Shown here: in pieces, positions 9,706 through 18,582 of the stretch
How the letters are laid out: the number at the start of each line of letters is the position of its first letter
Position numbering within the stretch: position 1 is the stretch's first letter
Assembly (NCBI GenBank): GCA_038223165.1
Contig: JBBRHE010000001.1
Coordinates: 1 to 53,733 of the forward strand
DNA length: 53,733 nucleotides
Direction of reading: 5' to 3'
DNA from: Tepidisphaerales bacterium
GTDB taxonomy: Bacteria > Planctomycetota > Phycisphaerae > Tepidisphaerales > Tepidisphaeraceae
The notes under the pieces: model-generated
The model's database searches: none
Seen by the model: only the letters and a program-made list of their open reading frames with translations
What the model was told of the DNA's origin: nothing
Made by a program: the position numbers and the translations under genes

Positions 9706-9906
9706 ATGAAAGCTCTCAATCTCAGTATCGCGTCCCTGTTCGTCGCCGGTCTTTTGGCGGCGGGTTGTGCCAAAGAGGTGTCTCACACCGAGTCCAGCAA
9801 GCCGAACATCCTCGATGACGGCCGCACGACCAAGAGTGAGACCGTCGTCAAGAATGCCGACGGCACCACGAGCACCCAGTCGAAGAAGACTCGCTCGAGC
9901 GACTAG
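9706..9906 (+). CDS. Small lipoprotein (hypothetical)
   Basis: Signal peptide with lipobox (LLAAGC), then a hydrophilic Ser/Thr/Lys-rich tail. A strong terminator follows the gene. Confidence 0.55.
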   Translation: MKALNLSIASLFVAGLLAAGCAKEVSHTESSKPNILDDGRTTKSETVVKNADGTTSTQSKKTRSSD

Positions 9907-9941
9907 TCTTCACTGCGGGCCAGCAATCACACGATGTAAAC

Positions 9942-9973
9942 GAAGCGAGCGACCCTTGGGGGTCGCTCGCTTC
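9942..9973. terminator. Bidirectional hairpin terminator between convergent genes
   Basis: Perfect 14-bp stem gaagcgagcgaccc / gggtcgctcgcttc with loop ttgg. Confidence 0.6.
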
Positions 9974-9999
9974 GCTTGTCGATATTCGGTTAGTTGTGT

Positions 10000-11040
10000 C
10001 TAGCCTTGGATGCCGGTGGGCGCGGTGATCCAGTACGTTTGACCGGCGACGACGTGATCGGGGTCGGCCTCCAGCGATTTGTTGTTATTGATGATCGCGG
10101 CGCGGTTTTCCTTCGTGTCACTTCCCAGCAAAGCGACCGCGAGCGTCGAGACGGTGTCACCCGGGCGAGCGGTGTATCGCAGCTCGCGGGCAGACCCTGC
10201 TTCAACGACGTCGTCGGCATCGGGCTGACCACTGGGACGGGGACCGACGACCATCTCGCTCATCGGTGCCGCAGACAACGGTTGGCTCTCGCGCACCGGG
10301 ATGCGGTAGGTTCTTCCATCCACCATCATGTCGGGGTCGTTTTGCAACGACGGGTTGGCCGCGACAATTGCGTCACGATTCTCGTTCGTACCACTACCGA
10401 GCAGCGCGGCCGCGAGGGTGGTAACGGTGTCACCCGCACGGGCGACGTACTTCAACTGGTGAACCGCGTCGTCAGAGCTGGTCGGGGGCGCCGTCGCAGC
10501 CGGTGCGGTGACAGGGACGAGCCTCTCACTTGCCGCAACCGGTGTCACTGCGACGACCGGCGCCGGTTGAGCCGCGACGGGAACGGTGATCGCGGGTGCA
10601 CTGGCATTGGCAGGGATGTCGTAGGTCGTGCCGGCGAGCAGGCGATCGGGATTACTCTGCAGGGACGCGTTTGCGTTAATTACCGCGTCACGGTTTGCCT
10701 TGCGATCCCCACCGGGCATCTCGGCAGCGAGGTTGGAGACGGTGTCGCCCCATTGTGCGGTGTACTTGGATTTGTCCTCCATCGCGACGGGTGCTGCCAC
10801 GGGTGTGGTGACCGGGGCGGGGACCTCGGTTGCCGCAAGGGGAATCGCGGGAACGGCGATGGGTGCAACGGCGATCGGTGCGACCGCAACTTCCGGTGGC
10901 AATGCCTGGACCACGGTTGCGCCCTCCACGGCTGCAAGGGGTGGGCCGACCATAACCCGACGATCATGCACGATCACCAGCATGAGCGACCCGAGCACCA
11001 CCAGAAACGCTACGACGACAATGTTCAATCGGGTCCGCAT
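10000..11040 (-). CDS. Membrane-anchored protein with three LysM peptidoglycan-binding repeats
   Basis: N-terminal TM helix (LNIVVVAFLVVLGSLMLVIV). Three LysM-like repeats (YxAxxGDTVxxLA...NxxLQxxPDxxxxGxTYxIP). The ATG at 11040 is preferred over the GTG at 11049. Confidence 0.8.
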   Translation of the reverse strand: MRTRLNIVVVAFLVVLGSLMLVIVHDRRVMVGPPLAAVEGATVVQALPPEVAVAPIAVAPIAVPAIPLAATEVPAPVTTPVAAPVAMEDKSKYTAQWGDTVSNLAAEMPGGDRKANRDAVINANASLQSNPDRLLAGTTYDIPANASAPAITVPVAAQPAPVVAVTPVAASERLVPVTAPAATAPPTSSDDAVHQLKYVARAGDTVTTLAAALLGSGTNENRDAIVAANPSLQNDPDMMVDGRTYRIPVRESQPLSAAPMSEMVVGPRPSGQPDADDVVEAGSARELRYTARPGDTVSTLAVALLGSDTKENRAAIINNNKSLEADPDHVVAGQTYWITAPTGIQG

Positions 11041-11302
11041 GCAACTCACTCACTTTTCCGTACCAGGGCGACTGACAATTATCCTGACGCCTTCCACCGA
11101 CAGGTGGATCGTCCGGTAACCATCGCCGTCCTTATGCCATCGGCGGTGCCCGGTCTCGGCCTCTAGCAATTAAAGTTCGGTGTTGGCGGAGCGTCGCTAG
11201 TGCGAATAAACTTGCGGTCGGTGACCCCCATGCACAATAGCAAAGGCCGTTTCTCATGATGGGGTTGACCACAGGTTTCGTGCGCGCAAAATCATCTTTA
11301 GA

Positions 11303-12364
11303 ATGATCGATTCACCGGAACAGCGGTTACCGCGCAGACGTAGTATTGCTACTTTACACGCCGTGACTTGTGGGGACGTTCCAACTCACTCTCAGATTAC
11401 GAAGGACAATTTGCCCGAAACCCATCAACCGACCACAGCGGTTCATCCTGCGCATGCACCTGAACGGATGCACCGCATCTCTTTCATTATCCGCACGGTG
11501 AACCTGGTTGCTGTGGTCGTCCCGCTTTTAGGCTTTCTTGCGACGGCTGTTCTCCTGTGGGGCCATGGGTTTGACGCAGTTCAGTTGGGCATTTTCCTTG
11601 TCATGTATTTTGCGACGGGGCTGGGTATCACCGTCGGCTACCACCGGTTGTTTACGCACCGGGCCTTCGAAGCGAACCGCGCCGTGACCGCGACACTGGG
11701 CGTGCTGGGGTCGATGGCCGTCGAAGGCCCCCTGTTGAGGTGGGTCGCCGCCCATCGTCGGCATCATCAACACGCCGACGACGAACTGGACCCGCATTCA
11801 CCTCATCACCATGGCTCGGGGTTTTGGGGCGCGCTAAGGGGTCTGTGGCATGCGCATGTTGGCTGGCTGTTTTACCCCGACGCGCCCGGTCAAAGCCGCT
11901 ATGTGGGTGATTTGCGTCGTGATCCGATGCTTCGAAAAATCAGCTCACTGTTCCCGCTCTGGGTGCTGCTGGGACTGGTCTTGCCCTCTGTGGCAGGTGG
12001 ACTGCTGACGATGACGTGGAGCGGCGCACTGCTCGGGTTTCTCTGGGGTGGTTTGGCTCGCGTGTTCCTCGTCCATCATGTGACATGGAGCATCAATTCG
12101 GTGTGCCATCTGTGGGGTAGCCAGCCGTTCAAGGAGGGTGACGAAAGTCGCAACAATCTTATCTTTGGCGTCCTGGGCATGGGTGAAGGGTGGCACAACA
12201 ACCACCATGCGTTCCCGACGTCTGCCCGCCACGGTTTACGCTGGTGGGAACTGGACATGAGCTACTGGGTCATTCGCGCTTTAAGTGCTTTGGGTCTTGC
12301 CTGGAAAGTGCGAACCCCCGACCCCGCCTCCATCGCTGGCAAACGCAAACGCTCGGCGGCGTAG
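11303..12364 (+). CDS. Acyl-CoA/acyl-lipid delta-9-type fatty acid desaturase
   Basis: Three histidine boxes HRLFTH, HRRHHQH and HNNHHAF with TM segments between them. The true start may be an internal Met (MHRISF). Confidence 0.85.
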   Translation: MIDSPEQRLPRRRSIATLHAVTCGDVPTHSQITKDNLPETHQPTTAVHPAHAPERMHRISFIIRTVNLVAVVVPLLGFLATAVLLWGHGFDAVQLGIFLVMYFATGLGITVGYHRLFTHRAFEANRAVTATLGVLGSMAVEGPLLRWVAAHRRHHQHADDELDPHSPHHHGSGFWGALRGLWHAHVGWLFYPDAPGQSRYVGDLRRDPMLRKISSLFPLWVLLGLVLPSVAGGLLTMTWSGALLGFLWGGLARVFLVHHVTWSINSVCHLWGSQPFKEGDESRNNLIFGVLGMGEGWHNNHHAFPTSARHGLRWWELDMSYWVIRALSALGLAWKVRTPDPASIAGKRKRSAA

Positions 12365-12462
12365 CACTAAATAATAGACGAACCGTAAAGATCGCCATTG
12401 AGGGTCAGGCCGTGTTGATCGACATTGGTGAGGTAAAGGACATCCACCCGCGCAGAAAAACC

Positions 12463-13785
12463 ATGCGACTGGCCACCCTGCTCGATCCCTCCTTCACGCG
12501 CGGTCGGCTCATCACCGCGGGAATGAGCGCGGACGAGGCCGCTGCCAAGGGCGAGCGCTTTACCGCCGCAGCGAAAGCGCTCGTCGACATGGGCCGCGCG
12601 CCCGATGAGACCGCCGTGGCAGTCTTCGTTCCCGGTCGCATTGAGGTCTTCGGCAAGCACACCGACTATTGTGGCGGGCGCTCACTGCTCTGTACGGTCG
12701 AGCGGGGGATGTGCTTTGTCGCCGTGCCTCGCACGGATGCGACGATCCGCTTCAACGCGTTAGACCTCAGCGACATCACAACGATGTCGCTCGACCCATC
12801 GCTCGAACCGACCAAGCGGCACTGGTCCAACTATCCGATGACGGTCGCACGGCGGGTCGCGCGGAACTTCGCGACGGCCCGCGCCGGCGCCGACATCGCG
12901 ATGACCAGTGATCTGCCGGCGGCTTCGGGCATGTCCAGTTCAAGCGCGATGGTCGTTGGCTGCTTCATGCTGTTGTCCGAAATCAACGGTTTGGATGCGA
13001 CGCCTGAATACCAGCAAAACATCCATTCAAAAGAGGAGCTCGCGGCCTACCTCGGTTGTATCGAGAACGGTCAAACCTTCGGCGGTCTCACCGGTGATCG
13101 TGGTGTGGGTACGTTTGGTGGCAGCCAGGACCACACGGCCAACGTCTGCTGCAAGCCGGGGCAACTCAGCGAGTACTCGTTCTGCCCCGTGAAACACGAG
13201 CGCGATATCACATTGCCGAGCGATATGCGATTTATCATCGCCGACAGTGGGGTGGTCGCCGAAAAGACACGCGATGCGCTGGAAAAGTACAACGCCGTCT
13301 CAGACCGGGCGCGGCAGATCGTTACGCGGTGGAATGAAGAATCAGGCGAGCGGGTGACTTGCCTGCGCGATGTTATCGGTTCGCCACCGGATGAAGGGCG
13401 TCTAAACGCCGCGCAACAGATGTTCGCGAACGACGACTCGTTACTATCGCGACTTGATCAGTTCTTGACCGAGTCGGAGAAGCTAATTCCTGCCGCCGTC
13501 AAAACAATTCAGTTCGGGGATTGTGCGTTGCTTCGTCAGATTGCAAACGAGAGCCAAGACCGCGCCGAACGGCAATTGCTCAACCAAGTGCCGCAGACGA
13601 TCGCGTTGCAGCGGAAGTTGCTCGACGCCGGTGCGTGGGCCGCCAGCGCGTTTGGCGCGGGGTTTGGCGGCAGCGTGTGGGGACTGTTTGACGAGCGATC
13701 ATTACCGGGCGCTCGTGAAGCGCTGTCGGGAATGGATCTGATCGTCAGCCGCCTCGGTTGCCCCGCGACCGTCCTTACTGACTGA
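12463..13785 (+). CDS. Galactokinase-like GHMP sugar kinase
   Basis: PGRIEVFGKHTDYCGG matches the galactokinase signature, and LPAASGMSSSSAMVV matches the GHMP ATP motif. The ATG at 12463 is chosen because the longer ORF overlaps the desaturase gene. Confidence 0.75.
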   Translation: MRLATLLDPSFTRGRLITAGMSADEAAAKGERFTAAAKALVDMGRAPDETAVAVFVPGRIEVFGKHTDYCGGRSLLCTVERGMCFVAVPRTDATIRFNALDLSDITTMSLDPSLEPTKRHWSNYPMTVARRVARNFATARAGADIAMTSDLPAASGMSSSSAMVVGCFMLLSEINGLDATPEYQQNIHSKEELAAYLGCIENGQTFGGLTGDRGVGTFGGSQDHTANVCCKPGQLSEYSFCPVKHERDITLPSDMRFIIADSGVVAEKTRDALEKYNAVSDRARQIVTRWNEESGERVTCLRDVIGSPPDEGRLNAAQQMFANDDSLLSRLDQFLTESEKLIPAAVKTIQFGDCALLRQIANESQDRAERQLLNQVPQTIALQRKLLDAGAWAASAFGAGFGGSVWGLFDERSLPGAREALSGMDLIVSRLGCPATVLTD

Positions 13786-15187
13786 TGACCTTCCTCGCGA
13801 TCGCGGCGCTTGTCGCGGCGCACTTTTTGATTGAGACGGGGTGATACTCGACGATCAGCGAGTTGAGCGTGTCGTTGAGCCTAGCCGTCCAGTGCGCGGG
13901 CGCGCGTTTGCCACCACAGATCGCGCCCACGATCGAGCCGACGGTGGCACCGTTGCAGTCGGTATCCCATCCGCCCATGACCGCCAGTGTGATGCCGCGA
14001 TGGAAGTCACCAGCACTGAGCAACAGCGCCATCACACAGACGGCGGCGTTGTTGTTTGTGTGAACGGGGTCATAGTGGTTCAACAGGTCGTAGAGCTCCT
14101 TGAGCACCTTCTCGAAATTATCGAATAGGTTGCCGTGTCTGGCACAAATGTCGATCGTCTGTCGCATCTCAGCGTACAGTCGAGATGTCGTGGGGATTTG
14201 GGCCAATCCGGCTTCGATGATCTCCGTCACGTCATCCGTCGCGAACGCCGCTGCAATCATGGCGGCGCAGAACATCGCGCCGTAGATGCCGTTCTTCACG
14301 TGGCTGATGCGTGCGTCGCGCCACGCGAACTCGGCGGCCAGCTCCGGGTCGCCCGGGGCGGCATAACCATAACTGTCGACCCGGATCTGCGCGCCGATCC
14401 ACTCGCGGTACGGATTCAGGTGATGGACGATCCAATGCCAATCCGCGTTGGCGTCGTACTCGCGCGCCTCGTCGATCGTGAAATCACGCCGGAATCGGTC
14501 GGCTGCTATGACGATATTTCGATACGCCTGCGTCTCGGCGGTGCAGACCTGGCGATACCCGAGTTTGTCCAGCCAGATGCTCGCAACGTGCGATGAGCCG
14601 AAGTCGCGCCCGTGGTGCTTCATGATGATTTGGCCAAGCACCGTGTAGCGGATGTCATCGTCGCTTTCCATGAACGCGATCTGCTCGCGCGTCGATGGCA
14701 GGCACCATGTTTTGCCCGTCTCGGTCTCGGCGGGTGAGTGCTGGGGCACGTAATCGCGCAACGGCCACTCACTCGGTGAGATCGCGGTCAGGAAGCGCTT
14801 CTGCCGCTCCCACGAGAGCATGCCGTTGTGCTCATACAGGAAGCTTTCGATTGGCTTGCCCAGCGCACAACCAGCGCACCGTCCGAGCCACGCGCCGTGC
14901 ATCTTGTCGAGCAGGACGTCGTCCGACATGGAAAATGGGAGTCGCTTTCCTTTGCCGTTGCGCTTCGCGCGAATGCCAGCAAGGTCGCTCGGCTCGTCAA
15001 ACGCGAAATCAGATCGCCGGGGCAGGTTGGCAAAGACGGCCCAGACGTCCGCCTCGTTCGTACCGGCTTCGAGGCGCTTGGTCGCCTCCCGCGCCGCACC
15101 CTCGGCTGCCTCTGGAACAACGCCTTCTTCCACGAGTTGTTTCTTTTCTTCGTTAATCAGCACCGGAATCGGCGTCCAACCTGCCAT
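13775..15187 (-). CDS. ADP-ribosylglycohydrolase family protein (with ~95-aa N-terminal extension)
   Basis: ARH-family motifs (GAWLGRCAGCALGKPIE; GGWDTDCNGATVGSIVGA). AGGAG lies upstream of the ATG at 15187. The 3' end overlaps the convergent kinase gene by 11 nt. Confidence 0.85.
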   Translation of the reverse strand: MAGWTPIPVLINEEKKQLVEEGVVPEAAEGAAREATKRLEAGTNEADVWAVFANLPRRSDFAFDEPSDLAGIRAKRNGKGKRLPFSMSDDVLLDKMHGAWLGRCAGCALGKPIESFLYEHNGMLSWERQKRFLTAISPSEWPLRDYVPQHSPAETETGKTWCLPSTREQIAFMESDDDIRYTVLGQIIMKHHGRDFGSSHVASIWLDKLGYRQVCTAETQAYRNIVIAADRFRRDFTIDEAREYDANADWHWIVHHLNPYREWIGAQIRVDSYGYAAPGDPELAAEFAWRDARISHVKNGIYGAMFCAAMIAAAFATDDVTEIIEAGLAQIPTTSRLYAEMRQTIDICARHGNLFDNFEKVLKELYDLLNHYDPVHTNNNAAVCVMALLLSAGDFHRGITLAVMGGWDTDCNGATVGSIVGAICGGKRAPAHWTARLNDTLNSLIVEYHPVSIKKCAATSAAIARKVISQ

Positions 15188-15261
15188 GCCTCGCTCCTGT
15201 TTGAATGAGGCACAGCATATGCTCTAATCCCGTCAGTTCTCGGCATTTTTGGGCATAGACT

Positions 15262-16128
15262 ATGCAGAAACGATCATCCGCCGTCCGAATCGAGTATGCA
15301 CCGATCCCACTGAAGCCTTCCCTCCCGATCGATGGAGGCAAATTGCATGTGCAGATGGACAAGCCCATCACGTTCCTGCATGTCCACGATTGCCTTGAGT
15401 TGGGTTATTGCTATAGCGGTAGTGGCATCTTCGTCGTCGGTGATAAAGTGTTGCCTTTCGCAGCGGGGAGTGTGTCGTTCATTAACCATACCGAAGTGCA
15501 CCTTGCGCAAAGCGTCCCGGGGACGCAGAGTGAATGGACGTGGGTCTACTTGGATCCACTGCGCCTCGTGCGGCATCCCGATGCCGATGTCCGCCAGCTC
15601 GATCCGACGGGACTGGCCGGGCGGGGGTTTGCGAACATCCTGTCTGGCGAGCGATATCCAGAGGTTGCGCGCATCGTGCTGCGCATGGTGGACGAACTGC
15701 GCAGCAGGGCGGTGGGTCAAGACGGCGCGTTGCGTGCGCTGGCGTGGGAACTGATGACGTTGATGCACCGGTTGGGTTCGACGACACCTGCCCCTTCCAA
15801 GGGATTTCGCCCCCAGTACGACCGCCTTGTGCCGGCGCTGCATTACCTGACCCAGCGATACACCGAGCCGGTCGATGTGGGCCGGCTCGCCGAGCGGTGC
15901 GGCCTGAGTGAACCCCATTTTCGACGGCTGTTCGTCGCAACGCTCGGCCGATCACCGCGCGAGTATTGGCTGGACCTTAGACTGCGCATGGCGGCATCAC
16001 TGCTGAGAAGTTCGTCGCGGTCGGTGTTGCGGATCAGCCAGGATGTCGGGTTCGTCACGCTCTCGAGTTTTAACCGCCAGTTTGCAGCAAAGTTCAGTAC
16101 CACGCCCCGCGAATGGCGCCGGGGATAA
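15262..16128 (+). CDS. AraC family transcriptional regulator (cupin sensor + AraC HTH)
   Basis: The C-terminal region LAERCGLSEPHFRRLFVATLGRSPREYWLDLRLRMAASLL...FVTLSSFNRQFAAKF is a typical AraC double HTH. The gene diverges from the ARH gene across 74 bp. Confidence 0.85.
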   Translation: MQKRSSAVRIEYAPIPLKPSLPIDGGKLHVQMDKPITFLHVHDCLELGYCYSGSGIFVVGDKVLPFAAGSVSFINHTEVHLAQSVPGTQSEWTWVYLDPLRLVRHPDADVRQLDPTGLAGRGFANILSGERYPEVARIVLRMVDELRSRAVGQDGALRALAWELMTLMHRLGSTTPAPSKGFRPQYDRLVPALHYLTQRYTEPVDVGRLAERCGLSEPHFRRLFVATLGRSPREYWLDLRLRMAASLLRSSSRSVLRISQDVGFVTLSSFNRQFAAKFSTTPREWRRG

Positions 16129-16333
16129 GAGCGCCCGCCATCCGGCCTTTCTAGCAGAGTTCAAGCACCGAGAGAGTGACAGGAAGTGCATCGCCCGACG
16201 AATTGGGCGCTGCCGTGGGCATCGCTTTTGCGTAGCATGTTGTGCGGGTGATAGCTGGTTCGTTTCTAAAGTGAACATCGCATCTGCCCGGGGAACCAAA
16301 CTCTACGACTCGCGATCAGGTTGAAGGAAATAC

Positions 16334-18550
16334 ATGCGTATCTGGCCAGGCCGACCGTATCCATTGGGAGCGACATTTGATGGGGCGGGTGTCAATTTCG
16401 CCCTGTTTTCCGAGCATGCGACGAAGGTCGAGCTATGTTTATTCAGTGATGACGGCACGAAGGAACAGCGCATTCAGTTGCGCGAACACACCGATATGGT
16501 CTGGCACGGATTTTTGCCGGATGTCGACACGGACCAACTGTATGGCTATCGGGTCTATGGTCCTTACGAACCGGAGAAGGGGCACCGTTTTAACCCGAAC
16601 AAGGTCGTGCTCGACCCTTACGCCAAGGCCATCGGCCGGAATCTGACGTGGAACGATTCACTGTTCGCTTACAAGGTCGGCACCGACGATCTGACGTTCG
16701 ATGAGACGGACAACTCGAAATTCTGTCCACTGGCTTCCGTGATTGATACGGCGTTTACGTGGGGTGACGACCGCGCGCCGCGCGTGCCGTGGCACAAAAC
16801 GTTGATCTACGAGGCGCACGTGAAGGGGATGACGATGCGCCATCCCGGCATTCCGGAAGAGCGCCGTGGCACGTACGCAGCGTTCGCGACCGACGCGATT
16901 ATCAATCACTTGAAATCGTTGAACGTGACCGCGTTGGAATTGCTGCCCGTGCACGCACACCTCGACGACCGCAATTTGATTGAAAAGGGGCTGACGAACT
17001 ACTGGGGCTACAACACGCTCAACTATTTCGCGCCACACACCGAGTTCGCGTCGAAACAGACGCCGCACAAAGCGGTGACCGAGTTCAAGTCAATGGTGCG
17101 CACTCTGCACACTGCGGGCATCGAGGTCATTCTCGACGTGGTCTACAACCATACCTGCGAGGGCAACGAACTGGGTCCCACACTGTCGTGGCGCGGTATC
17201 GACAACCTCAACTACTACCGGTTGATGGACAGAGACAAACGTCACTACATGGACTACACCGGCACGGGCAACACACTGAACATGGTCAGCCCGCGCGTGC
17301 TGCAACTGGTCATGGACAGCCTGCGCTATTGGGTGACGGAAATGCACGTCGACGGGTTCCGCTTCGACCTGGCCAGCACATTGGCCCGCGAGCTGCACGA
17401 GGTGAACCGACTCGGCGCGTTCTTCGATATCGTCCACCAAGATCCAATCTTGTCGCAGGTGAAGCTGATCGCCGAACCGTGGGACGTGGGTGAAGGTGGT
17501 TACCAGGTGGGCAATTTTCCGGTGCTGTGGACCGAGTGGAACGGCAAGTATCGAGACAGCATCCGTCAGTTTTGGAAAGGGGATGGTGGCCTGGCCAGCG
17601 AAGTGGCGACGCGGCTGTCGGGTAGCAGTGATTTGTATGAGGACGACGGCCGCAAGCCGTACGCGAGCATCAATTTCATCACTGCCCATGACGGCTTCAC
17701 GCTTGCCGACCTTGTCACCTACGACGACAAGCACAACGAGGCCAACGGTGAGGACAACAGGGACGGCGCCAACGACAACAACGGTTGGAACTGCGGTGTG
17801 GAAGGCCCGACCGACGACCCAGCCATTCTCGATGTGCGGCAACGGCAGATGCGCAACCTGATCGCGACGCTGCTCTTTTCCGAAGGCGTCCCCATGATTC
17901 GCGGTGGCGACGAGATGAGCCAGAGCAAGCTGGGAAACAACAACACCTATTGTCAGGACAACGACCTGACGTGGATGAGTTGGGACCTTGACGACCGAGC
18001 CAAAGGGTTCCTGGCGTTTGTGCGCCAATGCACGCAGATCTGGTCCGAGCAACCCGTGCTGCAACGTCGCAAGTTCTTCGTCGGCCGACCGATCCGTGGC
18101 AACGACATCAAGGACATCTCGTTCTTCACACCTGCCGGTGCTGAGATGGACGACAAGGCGTGGAACGACGACCACACCAAGTGCATGGGCGTGCGGCTGG
18201 CGGGTGACGCCTTGGACGAAGTCGACGAGCGCGGCGAGACGATCAAAGGTGACACACTGCTGCTGTTGCTCAACGCACACTGGGAAGAGGTGCCGTTTAC
18301 GCTCCCCGAAACGGCCGACGGTGACGTGTGGCAGACGCTCGTCGACTCTGGTGAGGTCCAGCGACATCTTCCGGTGCGCGTGCGCCCGCAGAAGGAATAT
18401 TTCCCGCTGTACGGTCGTTCATTAGCGCTGCTGCGCACTGTGAGACCGGAAGAGGCAGGGCAGGCAGTGTCATCGACGCAAATGAAAGGCATTCGCAAAG
18501 TAGTGGCACAGGTCAAAGCCACCGGTCAGCCTCCGCTGCCGCCGATTTAA
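16334..18550 (+). CDS. glgX: Glycogen debranching enzyme GlgX/TreX (isoamylase-type, GH13)
   Basis: MRIWPGRPYPLGATFDGAGVNFALFSEHATKVELCLF plus GH13 catalytic regions (GFRFDLAS, EPWD). Confidence 0.92.
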   Translation: MRIWPGRPYPLGATFDGAGVNFALFSEHATKVELCLFSDDGTKEQRIQLREHTDMVWHGFLPDVDTDQLYGYRVYGPYEPEKGHRFNPNKVVLDPYAKAIGRNLTWNDSLFAYKVGTDDLTFDETDNSKFCPLASVIDTAFTWGDDRAPRVPWHKTLIYEAHVKGMTMRHPGIPEERRGTYAAFATDAIINHLKSLNVTALELLPVHAHLDDRNLIEKGLTNYWGYNTLNYFAPHTEFASKQTPHKAVTEFKSMVRTLHTAGIEVILDVVYNHTCEGNELGPTLSWRGIDNLNYYRLMDRDKRHYMDYTGTGNTLNMVSPRVLQLVMDSLRYWVTEMHVDGFRFDLASTLARELHEVNRLGAFFDIVHQDPILSQVKLIAEPWDVGEGGYQVGNFPVLWTEWNGKYRDSIRQFWKGDGGLASEVATRLSGSSDLYEDDGRKPYASINFITAHDGFTLADLVTYDDKHNEANGEDNRDGANDNNGWNCGVEGPTDDPAILDVRQRQMRNLIATLLFSEGVPMIRGGDEMSQSKLGNNNTYCQDNDLTWMSWDLDDRAKGFLAFVRQCTQIWSEQPVLQRRKFFVGRPIRGNDIKDISFFTPAGAEMDDKAWNDDHTKCMGVRLAGDALDEVDERGETIKGDTLLLLLNAHWEEVPFTLPETADGDVWQTLVDSGEVQRHLPVRVRPQKEYFPLYGRSLALLRTVRPEEAGQAVSSTQMKGIRKVVAQVKATGQPPLPPI

Positions 18551-18582
18551 TCAAGGCGGTCCGTCAGGGGCCCGTAGGTGGA

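Noticed and set aside
9994-11166. 390-aa plus-strand ORF overlapping the LysM gene
   Set aside because: It is an antisense shadow in a high-GC region. The translation is Arg/Gly/Asp/Cys-rich with no domain features, whereas the minus-strand frame gives three clean LysM repeats and a TM anchor.
12190-12462. N-terminal extension of the GHMP kinase ORF overlapping the desaturase gene
   Set aside because: It overlaps the desaturase 3' end in another frame. Family similarity begins only after the Met at 12463.
17090-18367. 425-aa minus-strand ORF inside glgX
   Set aside because: It is a shadow ORF opposite an unambiguous GlgX coding frame, with a Val/Arg/His-rich non-protein-like composition.
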